Source of the DNA: Gammaproteobacteria bacterium
Lineage (GTDB): Bacteria; Pseudomonadota; Gammaproteobacteria; Francisellales; CACEW01
Length of the DNA stretch: 45,321 nt
Direction: 5' to 3'
Assembly (NCBI GenBank): GCA_028282045.1
Contig: JANQIS010000038.1
Location: 1-45,321 of the forward strand
The notes beneath the pieces were generated by a model. The model saw only the letters and a program-made list of their open reading frames with translations, did no database searches and was not told the DNA's origin. How positions within the stretch are numbered: position 1 is the first letter of the stretch; each line of letters opens with the position of its first letter. The translations under genes and the position numbers were made by a program. Shown here piece by piece: positions 9,431-18,792 of the stretch.

Positions 9431-9551
9431 GACGCAGCGCCTTAAATGTGTTTTAAGATGAGCTCTTAGCGCTTGTTATAGGAAATAATAAGACACACAC
9501 GGATGTGTGGGGTAGCTAGAGCTCACCTTAAAGCATTTTTCTGTCAGCGTC
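9431..9551. repeat. Long imperfect inverted repeat between convergent genes
   Basis: The left arm 9431-9470 (gacgcagcgccttaaatgtgttttaagatgagctcttagc) pairs with the right arm 9515-9551 (gctagagctcaccttaaagcatttttctgtcagcgtc). The loop holds a nested hairpin, CACACAcggaTGTGTG. Confidence 0.6.
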
Positions 9552-9577
9552 TAAAAACGGGGCCAATTCACAATTGG

Positions 9578-10438
9578 CTAGCGATATATCGCACCTTTAT
9601 CCACACCTTCATAATTTTTTACCTGCAAGTTCTTGATACCATGCTCTTGGCGTAATGTCTGGACGATATAGCGAGTGATACACTCCACTGTCGTATCATA
9701 GGGAATGATTTCGACCTGCTGTTGGGGTAAGTCCACCTGAAAAAAACCTTGTTGGCTTTGGTATGCAAATTGAATCATCTCAACACCATTGTGTTGATAA
9801 TGTTTGATAATGTCTGCCTCACTGCCTAAATAAATATCTTGCCAACGTTGACACCAATATTGTTCCAAATCCGAGCGGCGGGTCTTGTGTTCATCAAAAC
9901 ACAATAACTTAGAGCGATGACCGTGGACAATACGTTGGCAGTTGCCCTGGTGATGTTTGAGGCCATGGCTGTAGTGGTAGTAACTACCGGTAGTTGCTTC
10001 AGGGCGAAATGACAAACTCAAGCCCTTAACATTATCGGGTAATGCTTGGTGTATATGCGTTTCGATATGTTGCTTAATACTGGGGATATCCACTTGTGGT
10101 GTATCTAAAATCGTGGTGGCCTGTTGTGGGGCCTGATAAAATAAAGGCAGGCCGGCACCATAATGTCCGGTGATAGTGTGATGGCAGGTATCCGTTTCAA
10201 TATTAATACTGCTTAATTGGCTGGGAACAACAAATTGGTGATCAACCGTCTCATCAATCTTGTGTTTAATCATTTTTTTGATATGGCCAAAATCGTAGAT
10301 CATGCCCTGATCGTTAAGCTCACCGCTCAGTTCAATGTCAATAATTAAGCTCTCACCGACCACACCACGCTGTGCATCCAGATAAGAAAAATCAATAGTC
10401 GAGAGATGTTCGACAAATAAAGTTGTCAGTTGTGCCAT
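9578..10438 (-). CDS. 6-pyruvoyl-tetrahydropterin synthase / QueD-family protein (double-length)
   Basis: 286 aa. YDFGHIKKMIKHKIDETVDHQFVV resembles QueD IDFAELK...LDHHYLN, and CQRIVHGHRS resembles QueD CGRLHGHS. It is about twice the length of QueD. Confidence 0.55.
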   Translation of the reverse strand: MAQLTTLFVEHLSTIDFSYLDAQRGVVGESLIIDIELSGELNDQGMIYDFGHIKKMIKHKIDETVDHQFVVPSQLSSINIETDTCHHTITGHYGAGLPLFYQAPQQATTILDTPQVDIPSIKQHIETHIHQALPDNVKGLSLSFRPEATTGSYYHYSHGLKHHQGNCQRIVHGHRSKLLCFDEHKTRRSDLEQYWCQRWQDIYLGSEADIIKHYQHNGVEMIQFAYQSQQGFFQVDLPQQQVEIIPYDTTVECITRYIVQTLRQEHGIKNLQVKNYEGVDKGAIYR

Positions 10439-10512
10439 GGCGTATTAGTCTTATAAAAATGTGGCAGCTATAGTAACCTGAGTAAGACGGTTTTGGTAGA
10501 GAGAGGGTCAGA

Positions 10513-11856
10513 ATGTCCAGCATAGTGATTAAACACGCGCGTATCGTCAATGAAAGTCAGATTGTTGAACGTGATGTGCTGATTGAAGGCGAGCGTATTG
10601 AGAAAATTGCCAAAACCATCAAAATACCTAAAAATGCTACCGTGATCGATGCCAAAGGTAAGTACCTGTTGCCCGGTATGATTGATGATCAAGTGCATTT
10701 TCGTGAACCGGGCTTAACGCACAAGGCAGAGATTAAAACCGAATCACGCGCAGCGGTAGCCGGTGGTATTACCACCTATTTTGAAATGCCCAACACCACA
10801 CCGCCAACCACGACAGCCGCGGCATTGGAAGCTAAATACCAGCTAGCCGGAACTAAGTCTGCTGCTAACTTTGCATTTTACCTGGGCGCCTCTAACGATA
10901 ACCTGGAGGATATTAAAGCACTCGATCCACAGACGGCCTGTGGCATTAAAATTTTTATGGGTGCCTCCACCGGCAACATGTTGGTGGATGATCATGATGT
11001 GCTTGAAGCCATCTTTGCCAATGCGCCCATTATTATTGCCACCCACTGTGAAGATACCCCCATGATTCAAGAGCAAGAGCGCAAATACCGCCGCTTGTAC
11101 GGCGATGATATTCCCATGTCGTGTCATGGGGAGATCCGCTCGCGTGAGGCCTGTCTGAAATCGAGCACCTTGGCGACCCAACTGGCACGTGATAACAATG
11201 CTAAGTTGCATGTGCTGCACCTCACCACGGCTGATGAATTACCATTGTTTGTGCCAGGCCCTATAGACGGCAAATTGATTACAGCCGAAGTATGCGTGCA
11301 CCACCTGGCATTTAATGATCGAGACTATGCTACCTTGGGAACATTGATTAAGTGTAATCCGGCCATTAAGACCGCCAATGACCAAATTGCGTTACTCGAG
11401 GCACTGCAGGAAGGGCGTATTGATATTATCGCTACTGACCATGCACCGCACACCTGGGAAGAAAAGCATCAGCCTTACACCAAGGCGCCATCAGGTTTAC
11501 CATTGGTACAACATGCTTTACAAAGTGTGCTGGAGTTTTATCACGATGGCCATTTGACCCTGGAAACTATCGTGGAAAAAACCAGCCACAACGTGGCCAA
11601 GCGCTTTGATGTTGACCAGCGCGGTTATATTCGCGAAGGCTATTATGCTGATGTGGTACTGGTTGATCTTGATGCAGAAGAGACTGTCAGCAAAAAATCT
11701 TTGAAATACAAATGCGGTTGGTCACCGTTTGAAGGCAAAACTTTTCGTTCCACTATCGACACCACCATTGTCAATGGCCACTTAGCTTACCATGACGGTA
11801 AGCTCACGCGCGCCACGCCAGGCAAACGGGTTACTTTTGCTCGTGAGAGTAAGTGA
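10513..11856 (+). CDS. pyrC: Dihydroorotase (amidohydrolase superfamily)
   Basis: 447 aa. Metal-binding motifs are GMIDDQVHFREPG and IDIIATDHAPH. The ELPLVQH-type region and length are typical of class I dihydroorotases; allantoinase or hydantoinase cannot be fully excluded. Confidence 0.8.
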   Translation: MSSIVIKHARIVNESQIVERDVLIEGERIEKIAKTIKIPKNATVIDAKGKYLLPGMIDDQVHFREPGLTHKAEIKTESRAAVAGGITTYFEMPNTTPPTTTAAALEAKYQLAGTKSAANFAFYLGASNDNLEDIKALDPQTACGIKIFMGASTGNMLVDDHDVLEAIFANAPIIIATHCEDTPMIQEQERKYRRLYGDDIPMSCHGEIRSREACLKSSTLATQLARDNNAKLHVLHLTTADELPLFVPGPIDGKLITAEVCVHHLAFNDRDYATLGTLIKCNPAIKTANDQIALLEALQEGRIDIIATDHAPHTWEEKHQPYTKAPSGLPLVQHALQSVLEFYHDGHLTLETIVEKTSHNVAKRFDVDQRGYIREGYYADVVLVDLDAEETVSKKSLKYKCGWSPFEGKTFRSTIDTTIVNGHLAYHDGKLTRATPGKRVTFARESK

Positions 11857-12086
11857 TAATTTATCCAAAGCCGCGTAAAACTTCTTCCTTCAGGTAGGGG
11901 GTATAAGCGTCATTGGCGCAGCCAATCAGTGAGGTGATTTCTGCTGTTCGATATATTGTCTGATGACATTGATAGGTGCACCGCGGCCGCGGCCAGCGCA
12001 GCCGGATGCGGTTAGAGCGCGACGCCTGGTCTGAGATAAGTCTTTTGCGGGCCTGCAAGCCACTAAATCAGCCTGGCCTGTCAAAC

Positions 12087-12839
12087 TTATGCAACAGAGT
12101 TTTTATGCCGGTCCAGCCACAATGCAGTAGCGCCACACACCGCCGCAGGCATGGTGATTAAGTTCACGATAGGAATCAACATCAGAAACATGGTTAAGCA
12201 ACCAAAACCCAAGCTGGGCATGCGGTGTTGTTGGGCGAAAGCTTTAACCTGGCGGAAGTCCAGGCGGTTGTTATCCATTGGGTAATCAACGTATTGCAGG
12301 GTTTGCATCCAGCCGCCGAATAAAAACCATAGCACACCACTGATGGCATTGATGCCGGGGATCAAGGTGATAATCAACAATAAAAGGGCGCGTGGAATAA
12401 AATAGCCAAGCTTTTGCAGTTCGCGGCTGATGGCCTGGGGGATTTCTTTGATTGCCTGCCAAATTGAGGTGTTTGGCACCGGCTGGCCTTTGAGGTGGTG
12501 TTGCGTCATTTCAGAGAGCAGGCCATAGAACGGACTGGCGATCAGGTTGGCCAGCCAGGTAAATAAATAGGCGGTAATCAACAGACCGACCAGAAAAAAT
12601 ATTACCCACAATAGCTCACTTAACCATTGCAGCCAGTGAGGTAAATGGCCTGCTGTCCAGTCGATTAACACATGAGTGTAATGCATGCCTATGCCCCAGA
12701 TCAGCAGAAAAACAATGATATTGATGATCAATGGCACAATAACAAAACGGCGTAATTTAGGCTGGCGAATCAGCTCAAAACCTTGCCAGAGATAGCCGGC
12801 ACCGCTGTGATAACTAATGCGATCCATAAGTGAAAACAT
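12087..12839 (-). CDS. cysZ: Sulfate transporter CysZ
   Basis: 250 aa, multi-TM. The N-terminus GAGYLWQGFELIRQPKLRRFVIVPLIINIIVF resembles the CysZ signature (G..Y...G..L...PGLRRFV..PL..N). Confidence 0.75.
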   Translation of the reverse strand: MFSLMDRISYHSGAGYLWQGFELIRQPKLRRFVIVPLIINIIVFLLIWGIGMHYTHVLIDWTAGHLPHWLQWLSELLWVIFFLVGLLITAYLFTWLANLIASPFYGLLSEMTQHHLKGQPVPNTSIWQAIKEIPQAISRELQKLGYFIPRALLLLIITLIPGINAISGVLWFLFGGWMQTLQYVDYPMDNNRLDFRQVKAFAQQHRMPSLGFGCLTMFLMLIPIVNLITMPAAVCGATALWLDRHKNSVA

Positions 12840-12946
12840 TGTGCGCTATTTAAGGCAGTGTTACACGCTTAACTGTGTTTTGCAATGGTCTTTTTAGGTG
12901 CCGTATGATTAAATTAACAGGTTGAGATAATAATGGAGAAAGCTAC

Positions 12947-15750
<2,804 letters not shown>

Positions 15751-15869
15751 CACTGGGAGGTGATGGCCGATAGTGGGCAGTTTTACATCCTTAATATAAA
15801 AGCTTATAAAGTAAAAAGACGTAATATTGACGTAGTAATTTTAATTTTCCTGCCTATCCTGTACCAATT

Positions 15870-16343
15870 TCACCCACAAATCCACTGCCCAGCATCACAA
15901 CATTCCGGGTCAAATGCACAACGTGGATCAGCAGTAGTTCCGGTAGTTGTTGTTGGGGCAGTAGTCGTTGTCATGAAGGGTGTTGTAGTAGAAGCCGTGC
16001 TTGTCGTGATATCGGTAGTTGTAGTGGACGGACCAATTGATGGTGTTGCTGTTGGTATGACCGGAAGTGTTTTATCTGATAAAAAGTAACTCAGCAATCC
16101 TATCAGCGCGCCTCCAATCACAATGACAGCCAAAGCAAACAGCGCGATCTTTTGATTTCGAGTTAATCCTCTGGATCGTCGTGAAAATTCAGCACAAGGT
16201 ATAGTCGTAGGCCGGTATACTGCATCATCCATAATTAAAGATTCATAACCACCACTGAATCGTTCCAGTTCTATTCGTTCATGACTATGATCATCTAAGG
16301 GTACGTTAATTAACGGCGTTGTTTCAGTTGTTCCATACATCAT
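15870..16343 (-). CDS. Thr-rich (mucin-like) single-pass membrane protein with a Cys-rich C-terminus; cargo gene at the prophage end
   Basis: 157 aa, with the start overlapping the upstream stop (TAATG). One TM helix (IALFALAVIVIGGALIGLLSYFL) is followed by PSTTTTDITTSTASTTTPFMTTTTAPTTTTGTT and then CAFDPECCDAGQWICG. Confidence 0.6.
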   Translation of the reverse strand: MMYGTTETTPLINVPLDDHSHERIELERFSGGYESLIMDDAVYRPTTIPCAEFSRRSRGLTRNQKIALFALAVIVIGGALIGLLSYFLSDKTLPVIPTATPSIGPSTTTTDITTSTASTTTPFMTTTTAPTTTTGTTADPRCAFDPECCDAGQWICG

Positions 16344-16861
16344 TATAGTTTCTCCATTTCAAGTAGTGGTTGTAGTGCAATACTTTGCACTGCGTCATTG
16401 TTCATTGTGCATAAAAGTTTTTTAGTTGGCTCATAGAAAATCTTGCCGGTGTTATTGAGTAAGTGCTTGAGCTGGTTGGCTTGTTCTATCGTTAAAACTA
16501 ATCCACTTGATGTCGTGAGCGATAGATTCAGCAATAATGTTTTACCGCCACTTCCATTGACCTCATACACCGCATCGGGAACATCATTGCTAAACCAAGC
16601 CGGTTTCTTAGTATAAACAAAGGCCATAAATGGTGCATGAGCAATGGACGTTGAGCTATAATCAATAATATTGACGATCTCACCCTGTACGTAATTATTG
16701 GCCTTTGCCTCAGCTACCGTCTTTGGCTTGTGCATGGCAGTAAATAAAACTTTGGCCGTGACTCTTTTATCCTGCCTATCGCTAGTGACCACAACGAACA
16801 TATCAGAATGATCGAGTATCTTTGCAGAATCTAAATCACTAATTTTCTTACCCGTACTCAT
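16343..16861 (-). CDS. Phage protein with a tail-fibre-type N-terminus
   Basis: 172 aa. The N-terminal KISDLDSAKILDHSDMFVVV resembles the KI(S/T)(D/E)LP...L...D.(L/F)..V motif that begins many phage fibre or spike proteins (recollection). Confidence 0.55.
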   Translation of the reverse strand: MSTGKKISDLDSAKILDHSDMFVVVTSDRQDKRVTAKVLFTAMHKPKTVAEAKANNYVQGEIVNIIDYSSTSIAHAPFMAFVYTKKPAWFSNDVPDAVYEVNGSGGKTLLLNLSLTTSSGLVLTIEQANQLKHLLNNTGKIFYEPTKKLLCTMNNDAVQSIALQPLLEMEKL

Positions 16862-16875
16862 ATTTGTTTACCCAC

Positions 16876-17076
16876 CTATTCAATTAAGATCTTCAAACCG
16901 TTTTCCAATAGAATGAAGCTCCCTGACTCTAGAAGTAGCGCGTTTTCATGACTGCTTGAGTGATATGTCAACGTAATGCCGTGATATGACAAAGGAATGC
17001 CTTTGTATGTCAAAACATCATCGCTTAGTGCGGCTTTGCCCGATCTTCTTAGCAGATTAAAAAACGTCAACAACAT
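16876..17076 (-). CDS. Small phage protein with an LLLESGSFILLENG motif
   Basis: 66 aa, ATG start abutting the upstream stop. An LLLE.G..LLLE.G-type motif recurs in small ORFs of phage fibre loci (recollection). Confidence 0.45.
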   Translation of the reverse strand: MLLTFFNLLRRSGKAALSDDVLTYKGIPLSYHGITLTYHSSSHENALLLESGSFILLENGLKILIE

Positions 17077-17475
17077 CTACTTGGCCTTAATTTTTTCTAT
17101 CTTCAATCTAAAACGTCGCTCCCAGATATCAGCTCTGACATCCATGTATTTGCAAAATCCTCTATAAACTAACCAGCCTAAAACCATCACCAACAAATCA
17201 ATTCCCTGTGCCGCTGAAGCCGCTATAATGCCTACCAGAGAATTACCTCTAACTTGAACCCCGTTGCTTACCACATTACCCTTATTCTGATAGGTACGTG
17301 TCATCTCATGACTGACAATAGCTTTTTTGTTATCCCTGGCAGCAAGATTGGCCTCTACTTTTAGTGATTTATCTGTACTGTTGTTATCGCCGTCTTCAAG
17401 CAATCCTTTAACGGCAGATAAGGCCGCACACCCACTTAGCACGCAGCATACCAGTAATACAGCTAACACTCTCAT
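17077..17475 (-). CDS. Lipoprotein with a C-terminal TM helix (unimolecular-spanin-like architecture, or superinfection-exclusion lipoprotein)
   Basis: 132 aa. Signal and lipobox are MRVLAVLLVCCVLSGC. The C-terminal hydrophobic segment LVGIIAASAAQGIDLLVMVLGWLVY is followed by a basic tail. ATGA overlap with the upstream membrane-protein gene. Confidence 0.6.
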   Translation of the reverse strand: MRVLAVLLVCCVLSGCAALSAVKGLLEDGDNNSTDKSLKVEANLAARDNKKAIVSHEMTRTYQNKGNVVSNGVQVRGNSLVGIIAASAAQGIDLLVMVLGWLVYRGFCKYMDVRADIWERRFRLKIEKIKAK

Positions 17476-17822
17476 TGACCTGGGCTGTTTCGAGTTAAAA
17501 AATCACGTACATTCTGCCATCCGAGTTCTCTTAGTCTTCGGATAATCAAGAACATGAATACAACGAATGTGCCCAGTGTAATCGTCGAGCAGATATCAAC
17601 AAGCAGATAAACAGGAAGCCACACTGTGACATGGTTAAACTCCTGGGGAGTATGGCCAATAAACCACACAACCAGCATTGATGATAGTACGCCTATCATC
17701 TTCCAGAAGCGGTCGTTTTTGTTAAGGGACAACAGAAATGTTTTCAAAGTTGATAGTAACATGGTCAGTAATACTCCTTTTAAAATAACGATTAAATTTA
17801 AATTGTTTTGGTCATTATCCAT
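17472..17822 (-). CDS. Small multi-TM membrane protein (holin candidate)
   Basis: 116 aa with about three hydrophobic helices and a charged C-terminus (RRLRELGWQNVRDFLTR). It is translationally coupled to the lipoprotein gene and lies after the fibre genes, as in T7-like lysis modules. Confidence 0.5.
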   Translation of the reverse strand: MDNDQNNLNLIVILKGVLLTMLLSTLKTFLLSLNKNDRFWKMIGVLSSMLVVWFIGHTPQEFNHVTVWLPVYLLVDICSTITLGTFVVFMFLIIRRLRELGWQNVRDFLTRNSPGQ

Positions 17823-17843
17823 AGTGCTTGCTTACCTTTTGTT

Positions 17844-18464
17844 TCATTCGATTTCTGGAAAAATAAGGGTTACATAAGGTGATGACGTGGTATTTCCACT
17901 AACACCAAGAACTCGCCAGTGCTTGTAATTTTGTGTTTTTGATGCTGGGTTGGCGATCTTAATCTCAAATTGACCACTAAAATTCGCCGAAGCGCTAGCT
18001 GGTAATGACCCAGTAATAGTGGCTCCTATGTCAACCCAATTACTTCCATCAGAAGATGCCTGCCATTTTATGCCAACAGATAACGTAGCAGTTCTATCAA
18101 TCAATATGCTAAGACTTTTCATCCATATGCTATGAATATAATTAAATCTAAAATACTTGCCTGCAATGGGGTCACTATTAAAATAGAAATTCTGTGATCT
18201 CTCGTTTGTCCTAAGCAGTTGTTGTAAGTCACCCTGCGTAACGCCAAAAGTGTTTTCAATCGATATCAGACCACTTAAATTTATAAGGCTCCAACGTTTT
18301 GAGTTAACAACTTTCTTGTAATCAATTTCTGAGACCAAAGGATCTCTAAAACCAGAAATTTCACCATCAACATACTGCTTGTTGGCAACATCAGTAGGTT
18401 CTACAGGCACTTCTACTTTAATCTCTCCAGGTTTAAACTTTATGGTGGTTATATCTTTAGACAT
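17844..18464 (-). CDS. Second receptor-binding or fibre protein with a possible galactose-binding/discoidin-like C-terminal domain
   Basis: The DVANKQYVD motif is typical of fibre N-termini. The C-terminal WQASSDGSNWVDI...NYKHWRVLG resembles F5/8-type-C-like signatures. ATG at 18464 (the track start 18467 is GTG). Confidence 0.6.
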   Translation of the reverse strand: MSKDITTIKFKPGEIKVEVPVEPTDVANKQYVDGEISGFRDPLVSEIDYKKVVNSKRWSLINLSGLISIENTFGVTQGDLQQLLRTNERSQNFYFNSDPIAGKYFRFNYIHSIWMKSLSILIDRTATLSVGIKWQASSDGSNWVDIGATITGSLPASASANFSGQFEIKIANPASKTQNYKHWRVLGVSGNTTSSPYVTLIFPEIE

Positions 18465-18466
18465 CA

Positions 18467-18781
18467 CTAATACCCCCTATACACGTAGAAAGTCACATTA
18501 TCTGTGGTGGTAAAGCTATTACCGGCCTTATCTTTACCTGATGACTTGATTCCTTTACCTAAAATAGGAAACATCTGTCCAGGAGAAGTAAACACAACTG
18601 GGGTGATCTCACCATCTTGATTTTTACTAGCATCAACACAAGCGGTTACAGGAGTGGTGATTTTGCTGCTGTCATATACGGCCACAACCCATGAGAATTC
18701 ACCTTGGGTCTTATCAAGTGATGCTTGCCATCCGTATGAGGGTACAAGGGGCTCTTTGTTTTGTGTGAAATTCTGGCTCAT
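18467..18781 (-). CDS. Phage hypothetical protein (fibre locus)
   Basis: 104-aa ORF, ATG start, tightly packed between the fibre genes. Confidence 0.55.
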   Translation of the reverse strand: MSQNFTQNKEPLVPSYGWQASLDKTQGEFSWVVAVYDSSKITTPVTACVDASKNQDGEITPVVFTSPGQMFPILGKGIKSSGKDKAGNSFTTTDNVTFYVYRGY

Positions 18782-18792
18782 TATTTACACTC

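Noticed and set aside
11861-12086. 65-aa minus-strand ORF and a GC-rich patch containing the 12-bp palindrome CCGCGGCCGCGG between the convergent dihydroorotase (pyrC) and cysZ genes. Its C-terminal part (…SLIGCANDAYTPYLKEEVLRGFG) looks protein-like.
   Set aside because: The track start is TTG, and the N-terminal half is Arg/Pro-rich junk from the GC patch, with no RBS. At best it is a gene remnant, and this cannot be supported from sequence alone.
15760-16089. 109-aa plus-strand ORF with a Val/Gly-rich repeat (VVPVVVVGAVVVVMKGVVVE…).
   Set aside because: It is the mirror image of the Thr-rich (ACN) coding repeats of the minus-strand gene 15870-16343. The minus-strand gene has operon coupling and a sensible TM topology.
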